DNA of 64,000 nt from an uncultured Acidobacteriota bacterium (GTDB lineage: Bacteria; Acidobacteriota; UBA6911). The translations under genes were made by a program, and so were the position numbers. The DNA lies in NCBI GenBank assembly GCA_963809485.1, contig CAWEJX010000020.1, forward strand, positions 1,300,234 to 1,364,233, in the 5' to 3' direction. Positions 7,951 through 17,425 of this stretch are shown here, piece after piece. Positions within the stretch are counted from its first letter, which is position 1. Each line of letters starts with the position of its first letter. The notes below the pieces were generated by a model. It did not search any database and was not told the DNA's origin. It was given only the letters and a program-made list of their open reading frames with translations.

Positions 7951-9409
7951 CAATACTGTTCACTTAATGAGTCGGATATGATTCTCAACCACTATCCACT
8001 TCGTTCTCGCTCGCTTACGCGGCCGCAGCGGATAATTGCTCATCTTTCGTTTGAGGCCGCGAGGATTGCTCCGCGATCGGCTAGATACGACGCGCTCTTG
8101 CAGGATCTCCATCAATACCGCCTCATGGAATGCTTTCCTGTCCCGAGGGGGGAATTGACGCGAACCGCGCGATTTTCCTGCGGACCACGCGGACCGCGTG
8201 CAGGAATGAAAGTGTATCCGGATCTTCGTTGGCCTTCAACGCCGCCTCGTGCATCAGTCCGCGGATGGCGAAGTGCGCCATCATCAATCCGTAAAATTCT
8301 TGCTGCACCAGATCTGGGGTTTTGCTTCGTAAGACAATCCGGGAGCCGCGCAAATGCGTCTTGAGTTCGTCCAAGGCCGTTTCGATTTCCCATCGTTCAT
8401 GATAAAGCGCCGCCAACTCAATCGCCGGGGCGGCCTCGTGATCCAAAATCGTTGTCAGCAGCCGGTAGATAGGTTCGGCTCCGGGAATCCCCTCCAGCCT
8501 ATATTCGACAACGCGAACAGTCACTCCATTCTGACCATGCCGCTGATCCTTGGGCGACTCATAAATCCTGCTCAGGTACGAGCCGTCGGGCAGACGTTTC
8601 TCGCACGGAAGGCGCAGATTCTTTTTTACCCTCCAGAGCAGGTCTGCGCCGGTCGAACGTGCCTGATTCCACAACGCAAATCCAAAGAAGTTTCGGTCGG
8701 CAAGACACAGCATCCCTTTGGCCAAAGAAGACAATACTTGTTTGGCCAGGGTAATCTCTCCCGTGTCTACTCCTCCCATCCGGGTTCCAAACAACACGTG
8801 AGTTCCATTTTCAACCAGGGATACGAAGCGAATCTGGGGAAACGCACTCTTGCCTCGGCTGGCGGAAGGCCGGCCAAACGACTTTGCATTATCTTTTTCG
8901 TCTGCGGTATCCAAAGTGCTGCCATCTATGCTGACCAGACGCCACCTGCGATACCATGCCCCTTGGGTCGACTCGACAGCAATAGGTTTCACAATCCTGT
9001 CGTGCAATCGCTGGAGTGGTTCCCATCCCAGACGTGTACGCGCCTGAGAAATACCGGACTTGCCCGTCACCTTGACAGTGGCCCCCGGTCCCAGAAGCCA
9101 CTGGATGCCTTCAAAAAGGCAGCGCAGCACCTCGCGGTAGGAGGACTGCATGTACAAGGCCAATGCGATTACATAGTAGACAACCACGTGAGCGGGCAGA
9201 TCCCTTTGTCTTACGCTGGCTTTGCCCGTACCGCGGAGCACAGCCTGGATTGCAGCGGGCGGAAACGTCTTTGTCAGTACCCCCAGGCTGATGAAATCGG
9301 TTATACGTGTGCCGCTGGGGAGTTCAGCAATAGTTCGTGCCATAAGTGGTCCTCCTGTCAAATTTATTGACAGGATACCACAGATTACACTGTTAAGTGA
9401 ACAGTATTG
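7951..9409 (-). mobile_element. Complete IS4-family insertion sequence (1459 bp)
   Basis: Perfect 17-bp terminal IR caatactgttcacttaa (7951-7967) / ttaagtgaacagtattg (9393-9409) and a 10-bp target duplication gtgttaaccc (7941-7950, 9410-9419). Confidence 0.95.
8123..9343 (-). CDS. IS4-family DDE transposase
   Basis: SIDGST, LADRNF, Y.ERWEIE..LDELKTH (YREK motif); RBS ggagg before ATG 9343. Confidence 0.93.
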   Translation of the reverse strand: MARTIAELPSGTRITDFISLGVLTKTFPPAAIQAVLRGTGKASVRQRDLPAHVVVYYVIALALYMQSSYREVLRCLFEGIQWLLGPGATVKVTGKSGISQARTRLGWEPLQRLHDRIVKPIAVESTQGAWYRRWRLVSIDGSTLDTADEKDNAKSFGRPSASRGKSAFPQIRFVSLVENGTHVLFGTRMGGVDTGEITLAKQVLSSLAKGMLCLADRNFFGFALWNQARSTGADLLWRVKKNLRLPCEKRLPDGSYLSRIYESPKDQRHGQNGVTVRVVEYRLEGIPGAEPIYRLLTTILDHEAAPAIELAALYHERWEIETALDELKTHLRGSRIVLRSKTPDLVQQEFYGLMMAHFAIRGLMHEAALKANEDPDTLSFLHAVRVVRRKIARFASIPPSGQESIP

Positions 9410-9415
9410 GTGTTA

Positions 9416-9602
9416 ACCCGCATTATTCAGTGCGCCCCAACTGCGGCGGATCCGGGCATGTCTACCGCGTTGCACTCCGTCGGGCTCCTCGACGTACTGT
9501 CGAGTGCGTCTGCGGGGCCCTCGGCCGCGCACCGGTTAGCGCAGCGGCGAATCCATGCCCGTCTGCGCCGCCTCGCTACGAACCTTCATGAATAATGCAA
9601 GC
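9416..9602. repeat. MITE/REP-like nested-palindrome element
   Basis: Terminal IR gcattattca (9420-9429) / tgaataatgc (9589-9598), with inner stems gggcatg/catgccc and gacgtact/agtgcgtc. Confidence 0.55.
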
Positions 9603-10020
9603 GAAAGGTTGTGCGCCTGGCCAGATACTGGCTGGCATCTGAAGATATCTTTTATCATTGCGGGAATCTGGCGTCAGTTCAATACAGCTCATATCCATGG
9701 CCAGAATTGCTCGTTGCCCAAATGGGTGACAACATTGCCGGCGTAACAATGCCGGCGTAGCAGCCGGTGCTGCGCTGACATTCCGCTGCTCCTGCTGCCA
9801 GGCTCATCATGAGCGTGGCAAGCGGTTCTATTTGCAGGCATTTACGGCACGGCAGAGTTTTTTCACCCTGTGGCACTATTGCATCGTTTCGCCATCGACA
9901 GGCATTGCCTCCCCTAATCCCGCGCTAAGGCGCCGAGGGGCGCGTCATCCCTGCAATTCCTAAAACTTTTCTGGAGAAAATGCTTGACTTTTTATTATGG
10001 ATGGGATACATAGCCAATCC

Positions 10021-10368
10021 ATGGAAACCTTACAACGGATTCAGCTCGAAAAACAGCGGGATGCTTTGCTGGAACAATTGCACGGAATTGGCAACCTCAT
10101 GCGCGGAACCCTGGTTCAGACGAAGGTCCGCTGCGGACGCAAAGGTTGTGTCTGCGAAACTGGCGAGAAGCATGTGAAGGTGCATTTGTCTCTGAATCTC
10201 CACGGGCGCACCCGAGGCTGTTATGTGGGAGAGCGGGAAGAAGCAGTTGCTGCCCTGATCCGCGAATATCAGCGTGCGTGGCACCTGATCGAACAGTTGA
10301 CGGAAGTGAACCTGGAACTCATCCGCGGGAATCATCCGGGCGGACGACGGAGCAAGAAACGGAGATGA
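10021..10368 (+). CDS. DUF6788-like small accessory protein of an IS element
   Basis: MRGTL....RCGRKGCVC..GEKH motif. Its stop overlaps the transposase start (ATGA). Confidence 0.7.
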   Translation: METLQRIQLEKQRDALLEQLHGIGNLMRGTLVQTKVRCGRKGCVCETGEKHVKVHLSLNLHGRTRGCYVGEREEAVAALIREYQRAWHLIEQLTEVNLELIRGNHPGGRRSKKRR

Positions 10369-10925
10369 AAAACCAACGAATCCTCCCTTATGTGGTTGAA
10401 GTGATGGATAAGCCGGAGGGGATCACGGCTTGGGCGGGACTGCCATCGGTGCTGGATGCCATAAGAGCCTTCGGTCTGGACGAGGTGGTTCAGCAACAGA
10501 TTCGAGTGCGCAGGAGAAATCGGGGCTACCGCGAATCAAAGAAAGTCGAGGCGCTTGTTCTGCTTATGGCTGCGGGCGGCGAATGCGTCGACGATATCCA
10601 GATGCTGAAAGCCGATGCGGGATTATGCCGGCTGGTGGGGGATTTTCCGAGTGCGGATGCGCTCCTGACGTTTTTGTACGCTTTTCACGATGAGGCGCTG
10701 ATCGAGAAAGCTCGGTCGCAATTGACGGGAGATCGAGTGGCCTTTATTCCTGAAGAGAACAGAGCGCTGCAGGGATTGGCGGAAGTCAACAAAGCCCTGG
10801 TGCATCGGGTGGCGGCGCAGGGGAGCTGCAGGCGGGCGACCCTGGATCATGATGCGACCATTCAGGAAAGCCACAAGCGCGAAGCCCAGCCGCACTACAA
10901 AGGAGGACGCGGGTACCAGCCAGAG
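10365..10925 (+). pseudogene. IS1380-family transposase, N-terminal fragment
   Basis: ITAWAGL, AGGECVDD, TLDHDATI.ESHKREA..HYKGGRGYQP; similarity ends abruptly after GYQP. Confidence 0.8.
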
Positions 10926-11265
10926 ACCGCTTCAGTTGTCTGCCAATGGGTATGCTGCGGCGTTCGCAAATGAGTTTATCATGGGCTTACCCACCGGCTT
11001 CACAGGCGTGTTGGACGTCAGCGCCGCAACGCCCTTTGCAGCCCTCACGTTGCGCTCACTCGTTAACGAGCGCGATGATTTTATGATGACCACATTCCCG
11101 ATTGCCAGCGCTGATAAAGATGCTCCATCGCCGATTGTATTCCCGCAGATCGTTGATGGAGGCGGCTATGTCACGGAATTTATCATGATTGGTGCAGGTG
11201 AAGCATCGAGCATGGAATTCGGTTTTTATGATGAAATCGGCGAACCAATTGATCTTGGCGACTAG
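10926..11265 (+). pseudogene. Orphaned C-terminal domain of a large exported acidobacterial-type protein
   Basis: FAALTLRSLVNERDDFMMTTFP...FPQIVDGGGYVTEFI...FYDEIGEP; no start of its own, joined to the IS1380 remnant. Confidence 0.55.
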
Positions 11266-11329
11266 GGGCGAAATTTCCGGAAAATCCGCCTCGAAGCGGC
11301 CTTGTAGTGAACTCCATTCCTCCCAAACT

Positions 11330-11834
11330 ATTGTGGCTCTTGCTGCTTCCCCATCTTCGCGGACCGCTCCATCATCTGCTCCAGCGCATCAAGGCATCGA
11401 GGTTTGAGTTCTACGACTTCAAAGCCTCAATCTCGGTATCCTTGAAGCGGATCGTTTTGCTGGCCTGCCTGGGCGCCAATAAACGCATTCCCGGTGCCAA
11501 TTGTGCTGGAATATCCCGCCTCTCTCCCGAAGAATGAGTTAAATGTGCCCGATATATTGGAGTAGCCGGAATACGCCCCGACAAACGAATTGGAGCTGCC
11601 TGTGGTGTTGGACGCTCCCGAGCCCTATCCAAAGAAGGAATTGTATTGGCCGTTCGACAGGTTCGAGTATCCTGCAGATAAGCCGAAAAATGCATTATGG
11701 ACACCCAGAGTCCCGGCATCGTAACCGAAGGAACTGATGCTGGTGTTATGAATTTCAGTCGTTCGCGCTGGATTGCCGTTGACGGCCAGTGCAATCGCCA
11801 TGAAGACAATGATCCAAAGCCAAGTGCGTCTCAT
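11330..11834 (-). pseudogene. Decayed adhesin/tail-fibre-like protein (NSFFG..AG..N repeats plus coiled-coil end)
   Basis: Signal peptide, then repeats continuing through an in-frame TAG (11625-11627), then a jump to a KDTEIEALKS...LEQMME coiled coil in another frame. Confidence 0.6.
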
Positions 11835-12260
11835 TTCAGGATCCCTCCACTGACATTAGCCGGCGCCTGTAAAGCCGGGATGCATAATCCTTCAGATTCA
11901 GGTGGGGCAAATTTCCGTAAGGCTGCCATTTGCGCCTGCCGGGCTTTTCAGGCGAAATCCGATAGCTGAGCCGATTCCCATGCTTTCTTCTTTGTCGGAC
12001 TTGGGCAGGAGAAGTATTCCGTTGAAATCGCTGCCATTGCATTCGTTATGGCGCCGTTTCCCTGCATCAACAAGCGTCATCGGCGGTGTTTGGAGCACAG
12101 GTATTCGGGCATATGCTCTCCGCCCTGCAGGCTGCTGAGATGTATTTTGTGGACTCAAGGCACAGGGATTTCCCTGGCGGCTTGCATGAAAAATATGGGA
12201 CCGGAAATCGCGTCTAAGGCATGTCCTGGCTGCCGGAATCCGAGCTATCAATAATCACAG

Positions 12261-13655
12261 CTATAATTTATCGTGGTCCGACCCCATTCGTAGGATGCTG
12301 GGAAGTGGTACGCCCTGGTCAACTAGAGAATTGTGCAGGATCCTGCAATCCAGTTGCCTGACGGCAACTCCGTGCTTTATCGCCAGTGCGGCTGCCGTGC
12401 CGGCAGCCTGCCCCATGGCAATACAAAATTGGATCGGGGCCAGCAAGTCGTTGGCCACCGGATCCGAGGAAAAACAGCGCCCGGCAACGAGCAGTTTATC
12501 CACCTGGTTGGGTATCAGAGAGCGATAGGGCACATGCCAGTGGGGATGCTCCGGCGATACGGTATGGCGGAAATCCGGACACACTGCTATGGTATCGGGG
12601 AAGACCGTGCCGGAGAATATGTCCTGCTCCGTTAGAATGTGTTCGCCAATCAGTCTTCGGCTGCTGCGTACGCCAATCTGCGAGGCGGTATCCATAATAA
12701 AGCTGTTCTCGAAACCGGGCACATGCTCCTTTAAAAAACGTTGCGTTATCCGAGCCCTCTTGCGCCCGTTGACCTCCAGCCAAGTCAGATCGGCCGCATT
12801 TAGGGGATTTAGCCCGGGAATAAAATTGTTGACCCACATCACGTCCTCGCGCGTGGTCTTGATGTACATTGTGAAGCCCCCCAGACCCTCGAGCTCGCGC
12901 ATCAAGTCGGCATACTTCAGCGCCTCCGATTCCCGGAAGGAGAAGTATCTGTTTGAGTCGACATTGCCTATCCGAAAGGTCAATGCCAGATGGGAAGACC
13001 TCATTGCAGGATTCATCGTACTGTCGAAAGGGGCGCCGGCAGACGCGAAAACATCGCCATCGCCTGTAGCGTCGATGATTACTTTTCCCAATACCGCCTG
13101 CCTGCCCGACTTGCTTTCACAGATTACACCCTGCACTTCATTCTGTTGCGCAAGGGCTCGGGTTTCCAATGAATGCAGCAATAGCTTTACTCGCGCCTCT
13201 GTCACCATGTCATTCAGGACACATTTGAGCGCCTCGGGATCAACAGTGGCGCTTAATCGGATCTTTCCTTCAATCACGCTGAAAGCGTAACGTTTCCAGT
13301 AGCTCACCAGCCTGCTATCGCTCGATCCCAGGTCTTTCTTCTCTGGATGAATGGCAGCGCCCATGGCATCCAACCGGTCAACCACCTCCTGGCAGAGTCC
13401 GGCAATTTGCTGCTCGGCCGTACCGTCGCTCATAGGCATGATCACCAACACCAATCCGCCGGTAGCCATACCTCCCAAATGGCCGTATCTTTCCAGGAGC
13501 ACTGTGCTTGCGCCATTCCGCGCCGCCGCCACCGCCGCAGCGCATCCAGCCGCGCCACCGCCGACTACCACCACATCGGCCTCCTGGCAGACGCTGACTT
13601 CCCGCGCCGGTTCATGGATCGTCCTGTTGCCTACTGATTGCTCCGTAATAGTCAC
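12261..13655 (-). CDS. FAD-dependent oxidoreductase (FAD_oxidored family)
   Basis: VVVGGGAAG, LGGMATGG, IDATGDGD, GVRSSRR, VPYRSLIP, LLVAGRC, MGQAAGTAAALA. Confidence 0.9.
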   Translation of the reverse strand: MTITEQSVGNRTIHEPAREVSVCQEADVVVVGGGAAGCAAAVAAARNGASTVLLERYGHLGGMATGGLVLVIMPMSDGTAEQQIAGLCQEVVDRLDAMGAAIHPEKKDLGSSDSRLVSYWKRYAFSVIEGKIRLSATVDPEALKCVLNDMVTEARVKLLLHSLETRALAQQNEVQGVICESKSGRQAVLGKVIIDATGDGDVFASAGAPFDSTMNPAMRSSHLALTFRIGNVDSNRYFSFRESEALKYADLMRELEGLGGFTMYIKTTREDVMWVNNFIPGLNPLNAADLTWLEVNGRKRARITQRFLKEHVPGFENSFIMDTASQIGVRSSRRLIGEHILTEQDIFSGTVFPDTIAVCPDFRHTVSPEHPHWHVPYRSLIPNQVDKLLVAGRCFSSDPVANDLLAPIQFCIAMGQAAGTAAALAIKHGVAVRQLDCRILHNSLVDQGVPLPSILRMGSDHDKL

Positions 13656-13796
13656 CTCCCGTTCCGGAAATTCAGCCTTTCAGAGCCGCGCCACAGGCGC
13701 AGTTCCATTACAAGGCGTCAGCTTTGACACCATATTGGGATCAAAGGCTTCCTCAACAAAATCTGTGGGTAGATTCCGGCTGTGGTTGAATAGCAG

Positions 13797-15641
13797 CTAT
13801 CCGGCATAAACACCTGTGTAGTCCTTGTTGTGGGCTTCCCAGTTTTCTCTAAGCTTGCCCCAATAACCCAGGGGCCGTTCCCCAACCTTCACCTTGCCGT
13901 TCTCCAGCTTTACAGTGACAAACTTATTCCACTCGGATGGATCCACTTGCGGATAATCTATCCTCTGGAAGTCCAAATGTCGGCTGCTTGCCTTGCGCGC
14001 CAGAGAGGCATGAATGATAGTTTGAGAGTAAGTGAGAATGCTCAGATCCTCCAGGCTGCGCACCAGCTTGTGCGGATCAAGGGCATAGAGCTTGGGCGCC
14101 CAGTCTTGTTCAATTTCCTTAAGGGCATCCAGCCCCATATTGAGCAGCTTTTCAGTCTTATATTCGCTGCAGAAGTACTGCATCATTCGCGAAATTCCAG
14201 CATGCAGTTCCTTCCACTCTATGCCGTTGCTTCTCTTGATCGGGGCGTAGACGCGGGCCTTCTCCCGCGCGACCTGCTCCTTCGATATCGCCGGCCGGCT
14301 TGATTGCAGGGCATGGTCGGCTGCTTTTCTGCCGGCATACCTGCCTGTGGCTGCTGCGTAGCTATGGTCCCCGGGCGAATACGTCTGTTCTCCGGCAGCA
14401 TACAGCCCGTCCACGGTGGTCTTCAAATCCCAATCAACAACAGGACCGCCACGGGTGCCGCCGCTGTCCACGGAGCGGAAATGGGCAGGGGCGCTTCCCT
14501 CGATTAATGTATAGGTCGGGAACAGATCCTTGTTCGGATCAAATCCAGCCTCAATATATTTCCTCCTTATGGCTTTAGTCGTCGATTCCTCCACGTACAT
14601 CAAATTCCAGTTGACCTTTCGCCAGTTCTCCGACAGAGAAGGAAAGTCACCCCAGAAAGGCAGAGCCAAATCCCCTTTGAGCACAGCCTCACGCAGATTG
14701 TCACCTGACGGGAGCGCTTTGCCGTTGTCATCAACCTGTGAAAGATGCTCGAAAGCGGCATCGATGCCTGTATACCACTTGTGTTTGTAACCGGTTCCCA
14801 AACGCAAAGGACCGCTCTTCTCCATCATTGTAAGCTCTGCGCCGGCCCTAAATGCCATAGCTGTGCCATCGCCGGAATTGTTGCGGGACCTGAAGGTGGA
14901 AATGCCGGCCAATTCCGTGTTGAAAACCCAGATGGATCCGACTCCTGCTGCGGAGAGCACAACCGCCTTGGCTTTGAATATGATGAATTCGCCGGTTCTG
15001 GTATTAACTCCGGTTGCGCCTGCCACGCGAGCGCCCTGGATGCCATTTTCGTTCAGGAGGCTGGTAGCCATAACTCTATCGAAGATCCTGACTCCCAAAC
15101 GATCGCACTCCTTTTTTAATGCAGGCTTAAATGTGGTTCCCCAAAAGCGCAGATATCCATTGATAGGTTGAGACCTTTCCGCAAGAATGAGCTTGGTCTT
15201 TTCGTCCCTGCCCCAGGCTCCCACGTACTCATTCTCCGAATCTCTAATCTTTCCCCCCATCCTCTCTATCTCTAACAAAGCGTCGTAGCTTTCGCGGCAT
15301 TGTATATAGCGGCCAGGTCCACAGCAGTATCCGCCGTCACTGTCAATGTCCTTTTGGGCCTTGGTTTCAGGATCCATGTTGGACAAAGGACTGGTCATTG
15401 GGTTCGCCCAGTGGTCGCCTCCCAACCCTCCGGCGCCGCTTCTTATCGTCGCCGCTTTTTCTACCACAGCAACATTGACACCTTTCTTCCTGGCAGCGCT
15501 GATGGCCGCCCAGCATCCGGCTATCCCGCCGCCGATAACCAATACATCGGTCTCAATTGTTTGCTCCTGTTCATAACGTATTGGGTACGGCCATTCAGGC
15601 AAACGGTTATCCTTTTCCAGGAGCTCATGCCATGAAGTCAT
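13797..15641 (-). CDS. AprA/SdhA-superfamily flavoprotein (AprA-like), paralog 1
   Basis: DVLVIGGGIAG, EKA...RSGAG, SGDG.AMA.RAGA, GLYAAGE, R.DYP C-terminal domain. Confidence 0.85.
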   Translation of the reverse strand: MTSWHELLEKDNRLPEWPYPIRYEQEQTIETDVLVIGGGIAGCWAAISAARKKGVNVAVVEKAATIRSGAGGLGGDHWANPMTSPLSNMDPETKAQKDIDSDGGYCCGPGRYIQCRESYDALLEIERMGGKIRDSENEYVGAWGRDEKTKLILAERSQPINGYLRFWGTTFKPALKKECDRLGVRIFDRVMATSLLNENGIQGARVAGATGVNTRTGEFIIFKAKAVVLSAAGVGSIWVFNTELAGISTFRSRNNSGDGTAMAFRAGAELTMMEKSGPLRLGTGYKHKWYTGIDAAFEHLSQVDDNGKALPSGDNLREAVLKGDLALPFWGDFPSLSENWRKVNWNLMYVEESTTKAIRRKYIEAGFDPNKDLFPTYTLIEGSAPAHFRSVDSGGTRGGPVVDWDLKTTVDGLYAAGEQTYSPGDHSYAAATGRYAGRKAADHALQSSRPAISKEQVAREKARVYAPIKRSNGIEWKELHAGISRMMQYFCSEYKTEKLLNMGLDALKEIEQDWAPKLYALDPHKLVRSLEDLSILTYSQTIIHASLARKASSRHLDFQRIDYPQVDPSEWNKFVTVKLENGKVKVGERPLGYWGKLRENWEAHNKDYTGVYAG

Positions 15642-16045
15642 CTTTTGGCCTCCTTCCAAGCCCGACATTGCGGCGGGCCGATCTTCTGCATCTCTTTCCT
15701 TCTACTTTTGAATGGGCAAGAGGATAGCACAAAATCTACTTTTTAACCCCATTCGGCGTTTGGTGCGACAGTCCAAAGCTCGCTGGAAAAGGAGCAGCAT
15801 TTCCTTTTTCAGCCGGCTTGCGCCCGTTGTAGGCTTGGGAAGTGGATCAGGAATTGAAAGGGTAACCCGATACTGGGCAAATGAAGGGCCTCGAAGCCAA
15901 ACCGGCAGCCAATGCTTCCTATCCATGTCGCATGCCTAGACGGTAGGGCGAAAGCGCCGTGCCCGCCACTTCGGCGCTCGTTTTGCTTCTGCCCTGTTTT
16001 AAGCTGCACGGCAGGCGATTCCAGCTGAGAAATCGTCCTGCAGGG

Positions 16046-16984
16046 TCACCGTTTCGGCGCCGGAGTGTCAACGTTGGTGCCGGTAGGGCCCCGGTAGTCG
16101 CTCATCGAGAGATGCGTCAGCGTGTGCACGTAGCGCAGCTTGCCGTTCTCCATTCTGAACAGGTGCGTATCGGGTGCGCCGGTGATGCCGCCGGTGCCGC
16201 CGGCACCGAAAGTGCACCAGACCACTACCGCGCCGATCACTTCATCCACCACAAAGCGGCGGTTGGCGACGTTCACGCCGGCCGGCATGCCGGCTTCGCA
16301 GGTATCCGCGTCCGTTCCCTTCGCGGTGGTCATGCCGCCCTCGATTCGAACGCACGGGTAGCCCCAGGGAACCAGGTCGATCTTCGCCTCCAGGAAGGCG
16401 TCAAGGTAGGCGTTGGCGCCGCGCACCAGCTCGGCGCGGGTGTTGCGCCGGTCGGCGGGGATGGGTCCCCAATTCTCTTTCGACGAATACTCCAAGTAGT
16501 TGTCGGCGTTGAACAGCCACTGCCCCGTCGTGGTCGTAATTAGCTCGATCTCGGCGATCTTGTCGTGATTGACGCGCATCCGCACGCCGATCACATATGG
16601 GTTGGCCTTGTCGGTCACGATGACCTCGGTGAAGGTCTGGCACGAGGCGTCGTCATAGAGGCTCATGCTCTTGTCGATGATGAGCGGCTTGGTGATGAAG
16701 CCGGTCTTGATGTCGGCGGGCTTCATGTTCTCCTGGTAGCCGAGGCCGTTGGCAAGCGGCAGAATGGAGATGTCGCCCTTGGCTTGCGCGGCCAAGTAGA
16801 GCCTGACGGCATGTTGCAGGCCGCCGCGCTGGCAAGACACCATCGGCACCTGCGTGGCCTGCACCCCCGGAGGAGGATCCCCTGGTTTTGCTTTAGCCTT
16901 TGGTGCCTGTGCATGTCCCAACGCGGGGATCAGCATCGCGGCGCAGAGCGCGACGCACATCGTGACTAAATTCCTATGTTTCAC
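16046..16984 (-). CDS. Secreted hypothetical protein (two NTF2-like repeats probable)
   Basis: Signal peptide, C.R..L......Y..A, IAEIE, R.EL...ANAYLD, C.R.EGG, RRFVVD, PD.HLFR. Homologous to 54380-55315. Confidence 0.7.
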   Translation of the reverse strand: MKHRNLVTMCVALCAAMLIPALGHAQAPKAKAKPGDPPPGVQATQVPMVSCQRGGLQHAVRLYLAAQAKGDISILPLANGLGYQENMKPADIKTGFITKPLIIDKSMSLYDDASCQTFTEVIVTDKANPYVIGVRMRVNHDKIAEIELITTTTGQWLFNADNYLEYSSKENWGPIPADRRNTRAELVRGANAYLDAFLEAKIDLVPWGYPCVRIEGGMTTAKGTDADTCEAGMPAGVNVANRRFVVDEVIGAVVVWCTFGAGGTGGITGAPDTHLFRMENGKLRYVHTLTHLSMSDYRGPTGTNVDTPAPKR

Positions 16985-17425
16985 TGGTTTTCCTTTCCTG
17001 ATGATGGTTGTATGGCATGGACAAGACGGACCGGCTGCGTTTCTGTTCCCGCCCCGTCGATCGATACGAGGAATAAGCCGCGCTTTTTCGGATCGGCTTC
17101 CCTATCAAGTCCCGTCCCGGCTTCCGATCAGATGTGTTACGCAAGCTGTTCTTGAATTTCATTATGTGATTTTACTACAGTGGAGGATCGAGACGGCTGA
17201 ATAAACTGAAAATATACGCAGTTCGATTATTCAGTCCGGCATGCCGGCGGATCCGAATGCCTTAATCGGAAGGGGCGTACACCAATTTCTAAAGCTGGAT
17301 GCAGATTATTTGACTTATCCAATCGGTCCATTTTTACCGACTCTGACATCGGGAGAATGTTTAATAATGACCTCACCAAATAGCGAGTTCGCCCACGTTT
17401 CCATTGCTTCCACACGACACACCCC

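Noticed and set aside
8354-9370. 338-aa plus-strand ORF
   Set aside because: Antisense to the IS4 transposase with no recognisable motifs. The same applies to other long shadow ORFs such as 12589-13290, 30357-31064, 44504-45427 and 52618-53433
11625-11627. In-frame TAG as pyrrolysine or recoded stop
   Set aside because: The gene also has a large deletion and a second stop, and TAG ends many intact genes in this window
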